A DNA stretch of 64,000 bases, taken from Psammoneis japonica. Lineage: Eukaryota. Made by a program: the position numbers and the translations under genes. The DNA is taken from the NCBI GenBank assembly GCA_008632985.1, contig QPGO01000053.1:248001-312000 (forward strand), read 5' to 3'. Below are positions 1-10,275 of the stretch, in pieces; the first letter of the stretch is position 1; every line of letters begins with the position of its first letter. The notes below the pieces were generated by a model. That model did no database searches. It saw only the letters and a list, made by a program, of their open reading frames with translations, and was not told the origin of the DNA.

Positions 1-770
1 ATCCGTTCTCGTTCGTATGCTCGAATCGTTTCCGCCAATACATTCACCACTTCATCCTTGCTCACATGCCGATCCAACGCGGCCACTGCTGACTTGAGCA
101 GCGTAAACGCATTACCCATACTAACAGAATGAGGACGACAGTGTTGTGCCCAAAAGTTAAAGCTTGGCTTGAGTACGGTCGTATCCAAATCTTGACGAAC
201 ATCCTTGCAGTCCGGCGGTGGTTCGTAGTCTTGCAAGACGGCTTCAAAGGCAGAGAGCATGGCCCGACAACGTTCATTGCCACCCCGAATCGTGCCCTTG
301 GCATACAACAAGCCAACCTGCAAGACTGCGGGGTGGAGTGTCTTGTGGTGATGGCTACTCGTGGTAGTCTCGACGCCAAGCGTCACACCTCGTGATGGGA
401 AACGATCCAATCCATAGTATGGAGGTAAATGAGAAAAGAGTGAGACGGTCTTATCGTCCTCTTTATTTTTTGAAGTATCCGATTCAGAAGTTTTCGTCTG
501 TTGTTTTGTATCAGTCTTTTTACTTGGAGATTTTCCTTGTTGTTGCTGCTGTTGCGGTTGCTTTTTGCTTTGATTGGGTTTGCCTCCACCACCCTTTTCT
601 GCTTTTGCTTTTCGTTGTGCTTCCTGCAAGGCTCTTCGTTCTGCTTTGCTAAGTTTGGGCTTCTTGGGCGGAATCACCAGGTCCTTTGGCTTTTCCTTTT
701 TCTTTTTCCCTTGTGCGGGAGCAGCTGCAGGAGCCGGTGCAGGAGCAGAAGCGGCCGCTTCCTCCGTCAT
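1..770 (-). CDS. EIF2B4: Translation initiation factor eIF2B delta subunit, N-terminal part (runs off window start)
   Basis: Manual translation from ATG at 770 (not in the ORF track): MTEEAAASAPAP..KPKLSKAERRALQEAQRKAK..VSLFSHLPPY..LHPAVLQVGLLYAKGTIRGGNERCRAML..CRPHSVSMGNA. These motifs are typical of eIF2B delta. Confidence 0.85.
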   Translation of the reverse strand, partial: MTEEAAASAPAPAPAAAPAQGKKKKEKPKDLVIPPKKPKLSKAERRALQEAQRKAKAEKGGGGKPNQSKKQPQQQQQQGKSPSKKTDTKQQTKTSESDTSKNKEDDKTVSLFSHLPPYYGLDRFPSRGVTLGVETTTSSHHHKTLHPAVLQVGLLYAKGTIRGGNERCRAMLSAFEAVLQDYEPPPDCKDVRQDLDTTVLKPSFNFWAQHCRPHSVSMGNAFTLLKSAVAALDRHVSKDEVVNVLAETIRAYERER

Positions 771-2589
771 GGTCAGTTTTTTGCAGGGTTAACTAATTGC
801 AAAGTTTTCTGCAGCTATGGGTGGGGACGCCGTAGAAATCACGTAGGTGCTATTTTTTTAGAAAAATCAACCTCGCTGCCCAAATGGACCATGGCGGTCG
901 TCAACCACCTCACACAAAAAAGTGTCATCATCACGATTCATAAGACTCAACGTGCGGTCACAACGCGCAAGGCCGGGCTTCCAACTCCCGCCACAACGTT
1001 AGCTATGCGACCACCAAGTCAACCTACCGTTTCTCACCAAATCGCTCTCGTACCCTCAGGATCATTATAAAAAGTTGTACTTTCGATACCATCGTGTCCG
1101 CCGTGATTGAATTAGGCGGGGTGCACCGAAGTACAACTTTTGGCGGCAGTTTCATCGAGTAGTTTTGAAATGTCTGCCAATGTCAACATCTCTCGTTTGA
1201 ACAACATATCGTCATCAAAATGGCACGTTCATGAGGCAGAACTGAGCCACCTGATAGTAATAAAGTCAAAAGATGGCCTATCGGTACATACTCAAGTTGG
1301 ACATCTACTCACTGCATTGCAAAAGGGATATTTTGGCAATGTCAGGAAGGGCACGTACGGGACTACGGGATTTCCCGTGTCGGATCTACGAAGCACTCAG
1401 AAAATTGTTTTAAGGTCCATTGTTTCAATCATGGACGCACAGAAGATTGCAAAACGAATCGTTGACAGGAGGAAGTTACTGTCTCAAGAATGCCAAGATA
1501 CGTTACGATCGGGTATGACATGGAGAACGGATGGATAAAACTCTTCAGATTCAAACGAACAACAATTCCAGAATTTCAACAAAGGTGAGACTCCGACAGT
1601 GTAGGCATTCTCTATATGGAGTTGTTTTGAAAATTGAAACGAATATCACCTTTTATCACTAATTTGCCTCACTTTTTTTAAAGTTATATCCGACAGGCGA
1701 ATGCCAGAAACCGATTTTGTCTTGTTATGGTACGGCTTTGTGATCCCAAAAGGTATGGTTGATTTTCTGTGTTTCTCGTGGAGACGTATCGCTTCTGCAA
1801 CGACACTAAAGTAACTAACCCCTTCTTTTCTTTCTTTTCTACTGTAAGCACTTTGACGACAATTACGTCGTGACGCATATCATCCAGATCATTACCGTGG
1901 TAAATGTATCACCGTTGCACGGGACAAGAGTTTGCCGCCAAGGTAATTCCGGTTGCTGGACGAGGAAGATGCGAAGCCGATACCGACATGTTTTCGTTGG
2001 GAGTCATTCGCTACATCTTACTATAAGTGGCATTCCTCCCTTTGCTGGTGACGCCGCAGGAGCCGCCGAACGACAAGTGACGTTTCCGCCAGATGTCTTT
2101 GCCAATGTTATCTCTAGGCGGCCAAATATTTGGTAGTTCGATTGTTGCGGGCAGACCCAAAGGACTGATTGTCGGTACATGAAGCGTATCAGTGCCTTTG
2201 GATCTTGATTGACACGGAGATACGCCTGCCAATCCTTTGGATGATCCCGCGTTGGCCAACTCCCGAGGCAACGACAACGAAATGACTCATGGTTTGCAAA
2301 CACAAGACAAATCAGAGAATGTGGATGTTGACAAACCTTTGGAAGAGGACTCAAGGATGACCGAGCAGAAGGATACGAATGTGAGAACGGAGGAGACAAC
2401 GAGTGAGCGCGACCTTGTGAGAGAGGGGCGAATTGAATTGCTACTCCAAGAGTGACGGGGAATTCTAAACATAGAATAGACACGTAGAAAGAACAAAAAA
2501 GGTAGAGTTCATTATACTTGAAATTGTGACCTTAGAAGTAGTTTCACTGCGAAACAAGCGAGTATTTACTTGGTTAATTTTTAGTTTTT

Positions 2590-2932
2590 TATGCGGTGAA
2601 GTACGGCAAAATCTAGAAAGATACTGCTTCATGTTCTCTGCAACTAGAGAGTCAGGCGACACAGTAGACACATTACTGGAGACTTGAGAGCCTCTACTTT
2701 CGATATTGGCCACCATTGGCATCATAAAGGCTGCCAGAACATTCCAAAAGGTGTGCACTTATTCGGTTGATTTTTACACGGTGAAGTACGGCAAACGCGA
2801 CAAAAGTACCATTTCACGTTCTCTCCAACTACGGAGTCAGGTGACTTGGTAGATACATTTTTAGAGACGTAAGAGCCTCTACTATTGATATTGGCCAGTA
2901 TTGGCATGATAAAAGCTGCAGTAACATTCCAA
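2590..2932. repeat. Imperfect tandem direct repeat, two units with ~185 bp period
   Basis: CGGTGAAGTACGGCAAA...GAGTCAGG...GAGCCTCTACT..GATATTGGCCA..ATTGGCAT.ATAAA.GCTGC..AACATTCCAAAA occurs at ~2594-2750 and ~2779-2932. Confidence 0.8.
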
Positions 2933-3175
2933 AACTACAAACGAGTAATGGTAGGATTTTCGAAAAATCGAAATATTTTCAGTCGTGATTACACGGCAAA
3001 GTACGGGAAAATGACGGTCACTTCATCGCCATCAATATCGACAAATACAAGGCCAATGAAAAAGTTACCCCCCATTCTAAGCACCTCTGAACACCCTCTA
3101 TCGACTAAGGTAACTCTCGTTTCGATCCAAGAAAATTCGTCTCTACGTGATTTATACGGCGTCCCCACCCACAGC

Positions 3176-3494
3176 AGCAATCAGATTGCAATCAGTCGAT
3201 TGCATCGCACTGTGGAACAGCAATTAGTTAATTGCAATCGCGCAGCGATTGTGCGGTCTGACGGCGCTCTCTGCGCAAGAGCGCACTCCGCGCAGGAGAA
3301 AAGCCCGCCGCAGGCGAAGAAATCGAGCTATTTCACTTATTTTAGCTATAAAAAGAGCTCGAATTTCGATTGCAATCGATTGCAACAGTCGATTGTGAAT
3401 GCGACCTCGGCTCTTTCCCGACAATCAGGTCATTGCAATCGAGATTGCAATGGCGATTGCAATCAAAGTGAGGCTGATTGCAATCGATCCTAGC
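3176..3494. repeat. Cluster of palindromic (G)ATTGCAAT(C) motifs, MITE-like or regulatory
   Basis: Several GATTGCAATC or variant motifs; 11-bp hairpin GATTGCAATCA-n9-TGATTGCAATC followed by GATCCTAG near 3490. Confidence 0.55.
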
Positions 3495-3660
3495 AATTAG
3501 TTAACACTGGTTTTTTGTGTTGCGATTTCTCTGTGCGGGCTCCGTGCGTCTGACGTCTCGCGCGAATAGTGGCGCGAAAACCGCACGACGGACAGGAACA
3601 CACAATTTTCTGCCGCCACACTTTTTGCTTCCAAAACAACGACGGCAACAAGGATTGACA

Positions 3661-5696
3661 ATGGCAGCGGGACCGGGATCACGACCCATGTCGGGGCCAC
3701 CCGGTATGGGACCAGTCATGGTATTGAGTAAGTTGAGAGTGTATTGTTTGCAGGTTGACCGTAAAGAGAAAAAAGAGGCACGCGTCAATGTACTCGTGTT
3801 GGAAGCAAAGCATTGGATCTTTGTGTAGATTTCTACGTGATCTTGTACCACGCTTTCTCACAGTTTTTAAATTCCCCCCACACACATTCAGATGCCAAGA
3901 CACAGCGTCAGACGGGACGACAAGCTCAATTGGGAAACATTCAAGCTGCCCGTGCCGTGGCGGACATTATCCGTACAACCTTGGGACCTAGATCTATGCT
4001 CAAGGTGAGTGAGTTCTTCGTAAATACTGTTTGTTCACTAAGATTCTTTTTTCTCACGTAGTAGCTCATGCTTTATCTAAAACTGAACTCACATTTTTCT
4101 ACTCACTTTTTCACCTTAGATGCTGTTGGACCCCATGGGCGGCATTGTCATTACAAACGACGGCAATTGCATTCTTCGAGAAATCGACGTGTCTCATCCG
4201 ACTGCAAAGTCCATGATTGAGTTGAGTCGAGCTCAAGACGAAGAAGTGGGAGACGGGACCACGTCGGTCATTATTTTGGCAGGCGAAGTCCTCGTCATGG
4301 CGGAACCCTTTTTGAAAAACAACAACAGCATGCATCCCACCGTGATTGTGCAGGGTTACAACAAGGCATTGCAAGCGGCCTTGGAGATTTGTGAACGACA
4401 CGCTCTCCAAGTCGATGTACATGATACAGAGACAATGTCAAAGCTGGTCAAGAGTTGTATCGGAACAAAGTTTAGTTCTCGGTGGAACGACAAAATGGTA
4501 GAACTGGCGCTTCAAGCCGTTTTGACTGTGGCTAGACCGTCTTCTACCAACTCGGTTGCCACAGAAGTGGATATCAAGCGCTATGCCAAGGTGGAAAAGA
4601 TTCCTGGCGGAGAAATTGACGACTGTACCGTCCTCAAGGGAGTCATGTTCAACAAGGACGTGACACATTCCAAAATGAGACGCCGAATCGAAAAACCGCG
4701 TATTCTCCTATTGGATTCACCCCTCGAGTACAAAAAGGGGGAATCACAAACCAATGTCGAAATCACCGACGAGGAAGACTGGAACACCATGCTGCGCATG
4801 GAAGAGGAGTATGTGGAAAACATGTGCATGGAAATCATTGCCTTCAAGCCAGACATTGTCATTACCGAAAAGGGAGTTTCGGATTTGGCCCAACACTATT
4901 TTGCCAAGGCCAATATTACTGCCTTTCGCCGGCTTCGCAAGACGGACAACAACCGTATTGCCAGGGCGACCGGGGCCACTATTGTCTCTAGGACGGATGA
5001 GATTTCTGAATCCGACATTGGAACCAAGTGCGGCTTGTTTGAAATGCGCAAGATTGGAGAAGAGTGGTTTTGCTTTCTGGACGAGTGTGAGGACCCCAAG
5101 GCTTGCACCATTGTGATGCGGGGTGGGTCCAAGGATGTGCTCAATGAAGTCGAACGAAACCTTCAGGATGCAATGCAAGTTGTGCGAAACGTTGTCTATA
5201 ACCCGAAACTACTTCCCGGAGGCGGCGCCACGGAAATGGCTGTGGCCGTAGGCTTACGTCGCGAGGGACAACGCGTTCAGGGTATTCAGCAAGGACCCTT
5301 CATGGCGGTCGGAGAAGCCATGGAGGTGATCCCGAGGACGTTGGCTCAGAACTGCGGTGTCAGTGTCATTCGGACCGTGACGCAACTCCGTGCCAAACAC
5401 GCCACAGCCTATGATGCTCATAAGGACGACGATGACAAGGACTTTGTTCCTTGCAATTGGGGTATCAATGGGACCACGGGAGAATTGGTGGATATGAAAG
5501 AACTGGGCATTTGGGAACCGTTCAATGTCAAGGTTCAAACTATCAAGACGGCAATCGAAAGTGCTTGCATGATTCTGTAAGTATTTCCCTGTTGTGGTGG
5601 TGACTTAGCGTATGACACTGTGCTCACGTCTGTTTTCATTATCTTGTTGCTCTTAGTCGAATCGATGATATCGTTTCGGGATCCAAACGCAAGTAA
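3661..5696 (+). CDS. CCT3: T-complex protein 1 subunit gamma (CCT3), 4 exons
   Basis: Exons ~3661-3727, 3892-4004, 4120-5576 and 5657-5696 with GT-AG introns. Motifs IRTTLGPRSMLK, TNDGNCILREI, EVGDGTTSV, DIKRYAKVEKIPGG, LEYKKGESQT and LRIDDIVSG. Confidence 0.97.
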
Positions 5697-5942
5697 CTGA
5701 TTAAGCAAGTTGCAAACTCTTACGGAGAGCGTCTATCAGCTGGTATTTGGATAATACCCGAATTTTGGCGTTATCTTCCCTTTCGCGCCCCACGGATGAC
5801 TGCGTTGGAGTTTGAACCGGTAGCTGAGAGGAAATACTACTGAGCCGTCACTTTGGCTAGCATATGATAGTTACCTTTACCATGAAACAGCACGCGACTA
5901 TATCACATTACCGTATCACTACTTTGCACTGTGTGTGCAACT

Positions 5943-7469
5943 TCAATTTTTAGTCTTGTTCTTTTTATTCTTTGGTGTCTGAGCTCTAGCGTCTCGCATC
6001 TCTTTCGCGGCTACTGCGGCGGCGTTGTTCTTTGGAGAAGGCCTTTTTGTCTTTTTAGACATCGCTTTGGCTTTCGCAACAGCAGCCGCATCCGTCACGG
6101 CTGCTGCGTCTCCCTGGTCCTTTGTGTTGGCTGTTGTGTTTGCAGCTGGTGGCTTCGTATTGTTTTTCTTCCTACGATTTCTCCTCTTTCTCGGGTTAGC
6201 ACCGGTACCCGTCGTTTTTCCTTTCGGGGGCCCATTCGTCGAGTCGGTGTTGTCAGGATTCCCAGGCTCAGCAGCATCAGTTTGTTTGCCAGCATCCGGC
6301 TGTTTCTCTGTCTGGTCCTTTTTAACCTCCGGAGCGACTTGAGGATTGCTTTTAGCAACTGCATCAGTTTCTTTGTTTGACTCGACGTCCACCCAAGACT
6401 CGTTTAGTGCCTTTTTTGTCTGTTTTCCCTTGCCCTTGTTAGCTTTCGCAACGGCTCCCGAATCCGTCGCTGGAGCTGCACCTTCTTCAGCCTTTGCTAC
6501 AGCTGGTCCCTTCGCTGGCTTCTTTTTTCGGTTTCGCCTCTTCCTCGGAGATGCGCGTGGACCACCACCTGCAGCCTTGGCTTCCGTGCCAACAACCTTT
6601 TCACTATTGGTATCTCCAACTTTATCCCCCTTTGCAGTCTCGGATACGCCTTTTTTCTTTCCATCGACCTTCGTCCCAGTCTCAGAAGCTTTTTGATTCA
6701 CAACGCCTGCAGCCTTGGCTTCTGTGCCAACAACCTTTTCTCTATTGGTATCTTCAACTTTATCCCCCTTTGAAGCCTCGGATACGCCTTTTTTCTTTCC
6801 ATCGACCTTCGTCCCAGTCTCAGAAGCTTTTTGATTCACAACCTTTTTGGTCTCGGCGACAACATTGGAACTCTTTGTTGCGCCTTCATCCGTTCCTTTG
6901 GATTTGTCAACGTCCACCCACGAATCGCTCAAAACGACAAACTCTTTGTTTGGTTCAGAAGTTTTCGGCTCCTCGTCTACAACATCATGAGTTGGAATAG
7001 ACCGAGTTTTTGACGATGCCGCATCCTCCACTACCAGTTTCTGCTCTTTAGGTTTTTCTGGCTCCCCGCCTACAACACTAGGAGCTGGAATAGATATAGC
7101 TTCCGTTGAACGTTCATTCTCCACAGCTGGCGTCTGCTCTGTGGTCGCGGGCTGTGCTTTGACTGTATCTTCCGGAATTGGAATAGACCGAGTTTCCGAT
7201 GAAGCTTCATTCTCGATTACTGGCGTCTTCTCTTTGGATGCTTTTGGTTCCTCGTCTGCAACATCAGGAATCGAAATCGATCGAGCTTTCGGTGGCTTTT
7301 CCTCTACGGTGTCAGGCTTTCCTTCGATTGCAGCACGATCTTGTGGTTCACCCTGCGTTTCTTCGGTCGCTGCAGGATCTTTGTCCCTTGATGCTTTCGA
7401 CAACAACGCAACGGCAAGGGCGGCTGCTATTGTCGTTGCGATTGCTACACCCACAATTTTCTGTGACAT
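5943..7469 (-). CDS. Low-complexity Lys/Glu/Ala-rich protein with N-terminal membrane anchor and internal repeats
   Basis: Long ORF; likely start MSQKIVGVAIATTIAAALAVALLS (hydrophobic). Duplicated VVNQKASETGTKVDGKKKGVSE block, two PRKRRNRxKK motifs and two SWVDV motifs. Confidence 0.75.
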   Translation of the reverse strand: MSQKIVGVAIATTIAAALAVALLSKASRDKDPAATEETQGEPQDRAAIEGKPDTVEEKPPKARSISIPDVADEEPKASKEKTPVIENEASSETRSIPIPEDTVKAQPATTEQTPAVENERSTEAISIPAPSVVGGEPEKPKEQKLVVEDAASSKTRSIPTHDVVDEEPKTSEPNKEFVVLSDSWVDVDKSKGTDEGATKSSNVVAETKKVVNQKASETGTKVDGKKKGVSEASKGDKVEDTNREKVVGTEAKAAGVVNQKASETGTKVDGKKKGVSETAKGDKVGDTNSEKVVGTEAKAAGGGPRASPRKRRNRKKKPAKGPAVAKAEEGAAPATDSGAVAKANKGKGKQTKKALNESWVDVESNKETDAVAKSNPQVAPEVKKDQTEKQPDAGKQTDAAEPGNPDNTDSTNGPPKGKTTGTGANPRKRRNRRKKNNTKPPAANTTANTKDQGDAAAVTDAAAVAKAKAMSKKTKRPSPKNNAAAVAAKEMRDARAQTPKNKKNKTKN

Positions 7470-8086
7470 TTTGACAGCGTGTGGTCGATTGAAAGAACAG
7501 CAGGCGTGTTGAGTGTTGTCCTCTGCACTCGAACGGTTTTGATGAACGACAATGAATGAGATGCTGACGATGCACAATGGCCGACGAAAGATCTCAAAAC
7601 TCAAAATCATTATGCCACATGCCACATGCCACGCGGACGGACGCGAGCAGTGTTTTAGTCTTGCCTCACGTTTTTTTTCGTAGAAATAATAGTACTGGGG
7701 GTGGCGTTTGATTGGTCGTGGATTCGCAGCTACGTCAGTCCCGCTTTGTGAACGAAACGAAGCGAATGAAAGTACTGTAAATGGTACTAAATGTATCAGA
7801 GAGGCAAGCTGGCTTTTCTCGGTCAAAGTCCAGGCTGCATGCAGAGGTCACATTTCAGCCAACAAGCAATGCGGGACAAGGTGTGGGTGTGGAACAGGTC
7901 AGATTTGGAGAGCGCTCCTTTATGAAGCAAGTCCAAGTAGCGTATAGAATTAGATAATTACTCTGCACCAGACCTTTCGACGACCAGGCTATGATTCGAA
8001 CAAAAATCTGAGTGATGGATACGTGTTCTAGCTAGTTGGCTCTATCACGGAGAAACGCAAAATTACGATACTTCGCCGTCCTCCCG

Positions 8087-9670
8087 TCACCTTCTTATCT
8101 TTCGGTGGTACTTGATATCAAGTGTCGTGCCACCAAATGGATAGCCATCTGTACGCGAGAGTTCGAAAATCTTGCCATGATCTTGAAATGCCACTTTGAA
8201 ACGAGAAAAAAACACAAAAAAAGGATGAAGAAAACACTTTACAGATCAAACTGGTGGCGCGGCCTCGTAAGAACGTACCATACATCCTCGTGTTGTCAGG
8301 AGAGACTGCGATTCCAGTTGTTTCTCCATTTAAACCAACTCTATTCATACGAGAAATAAAAATGTGAAATGCAGTAGAAAATACAGAGTCCACGGTGCGA
8401 CCGAGTGGGAAACGTGTCATAGAACAGAGGCCAATACTTACCCTCCTTCCATAATCGTATAGTACTTCCCAGTGGAATCTCGACCGTGAATACCACAAGC
8501 ATTGTTTGAACCATCCTCGCAGAAGTAAAGGATATCTTGGTCGGTTCCTAATACCAGCATGATCTGGTCAGGTTCTTCTTGAAACGCACCATTTTCTGTA
8601 GACTCATATCTGTACTCCAGCGTGTCCAGATTCAAGATAACGAGCTCTTGATAGTACTTACAAGTGACGTACATCATCCCTTCGTGGATATCAAGGCCCT
8701 CACAATTGGGATAAATGTAGTACGCACTCTCCTCAGCAGCGCTTTGGTTGCTGGTCCAATAGAAGTTGCCGCCGCCGTTGCTGTAAGGCCCTAACACTAA
8801 GTAGTCAATCTTGGCCTGACCTCCAGTGTTGCTGTGGAGTAACTGGCTGTAGTTACCAGACGATCGAGCAATCGTTAGCTCTTCCGGGTCGGGGCTAAAC
8901 CGACGAATAGCACCATACTCATCATCAACCGTGAGATAAAACTTGGGGTCCGAAGGGTTTCGGTTGTCGTACGCAAAGCTCTCAAAGTAGTCGCCGCTTT
9001 CGCCAATGATCGTTTTACGTCCATTGTTACGATCACCCCAGGGGTCCACTTCGTAAGCTTGACCTTCAGAATGCTCTTCACAGCTGATCCAAGTGTTCCA
9101 CCAGGTTTTCCCGCCGGCGCAATTGGCTGTTGTGCCATTCAACAAGCCCCACTTGTAATCCGTGACTTTGCCATCTTTGTTGAAGTAAATAGCACCTACG
9201 CCTCCTTCATTCCAATCGAAGTCTTCAGAGTTCGATACGTAGGCATAGTCGCCATTATCACCTTCAAAAATGGCGGCGCCGTCAGGCCTATAATGAAACC
9301 GATCTTCAGAGTATCCTCCGTTTGCTAGAGGGACCAGGTTGTCGTATTCAGCAATGAGACGGGCGGAGAGTCCTTTCGACAGCCAAAGACCGTTCGCTCC
9401 GTCCCATTCCAAGTCACCCGGTGAATAAGTGATCGCTGGATCAACCGCAGGAGGAGCTGGTGGAGGCGTAGGACGAGGTCCGCCAAGGGTAAGGAGAGGT
9501 TCGCGACGAGATCCGCGACGCGGTTGAGTTCGAGATCTCCGATCTCTGATCTCCGATAACCTGTCATTTTCAACGTGAGCTGCTTGCGACTCCTCTGATG
9601 CGATCGAAATGCCTGCAACTAGAGAAACGAACGAGCTATACAAGGCGAAGCGTGCAAGCTTCCTCATCAT
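8087..9670 (-). CDS. Secreted PhoX/DUF839-like alkaline phosphatase family protein, 3 exons
   Basis: Signal peptide; motifs PDGAAIF, YVSNSE, GGVGAIYF, NCAGGKTWWNTWISCEE, NCEGL and LYFCEDG. Downstream exons give GETTGIAVSPDNTRMY and VAFQDHGKIFELSRTDGYPFGGTTLDIKYH. Confidence 0.85.
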
Positions 9671-10012
9671 TTTTTTTCACTTGTCATGAGTTCATGAGCC
9701 ATGAGCTGTTGTGTGTTGTGTTTTTTTTTTCCATTTTTTGTGTTGGTTTGTGGTTGGAGTGTGTTTGATCGTGTTGTTGACATTCATATTAATAACTGTT
9801 TTATACAGCGCCGAATGTCTTGGATAAAATTTTTAAAATTGAAAAATCTTAGAGTATGTTGATATACCGTCGCGAAGATAATGTGGATTCGGGATGCCGA
9901 GGCCGGAATGGCCGCCCAATTATCAGTTCGCCGGGGAGGTCATGACATGTGCAGAAAAATGTGGCCCAGGTAGAAGGGGAGCTGTGAGAAGTATCATTGT
10001 CCAAAGAAAGGA

Positions 10013-10050
10013 ACGTCAGACAGCTTCGTGACGTCAGACAGCTTCGTGAC
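10013..10050. repeat. 18-bp tandem repeat x2 (ACGTCAGACAGCTTCGTG)
   Basis: Directly visible. Confidence 0.85.
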
Positions 10051-10060
10051 ATATGGGGAG

Positions 10061-10275
10061 TGACAGAATTCTAAGAAGAATTAAAGGTGTATGTCACTCT
10101 CTGGCTGAAACATGTGTGACTATGTACAAAAAGCCTGTCAGTTTGAAGAAAGCGGTAAATGGTTTAGTCGGTAACCGGTTATAAGAGGACCTAGGTTCGA
10201 TTCCTGGGTATCGCAATTTTTCAGGTTGATGGGTCGGATTTAATCGAGTTGGTCAATCTTGTTTAAATCCTGTCA
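10061..10275 (+). mobile_element. Isolated LTR-like element (CoDi-type), 215 bp
   Basis: Preceded by PPT-like ATGGGGAG; starts TGACAGAATT and ends AAATCCTGTCA (inverted termini). Same GGGGAG|TGACAG junction as the 3' LTR at 19847. No matching TSD. Confidence 0.55.
10152..10215 (+). pseudogene. tRNA-like sequence lacking a complete anticodon arm
   Basis: Acceptor GCGGTA/TATCGC, D-arm GGTT-TAGTCGGT-AACC and T-arm CTAGG-TTCGATT-CCTGG (B box GGTTCGATTCC), followed by ATTTTT. Only ~9 nt lie where the anticodon arm should be. Confidence 0.55.

Noticed and set aside
62..1070. Listed ORFs overlapping 1-770
   Set aside because: Shadow frames of the minus-strand eIF2B delta gene.
1140..2496. Short ORFs between eIF2B delta and CCT3
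   Set aside because: No recognisable domain or coherent exon structure; possibly decayed sequence.
3455..3494. Helitron 3' end (hairpin + CTAG)
   Set aside because: Followed by C rather than T; no 5' TC end or Rep/helicase identified.
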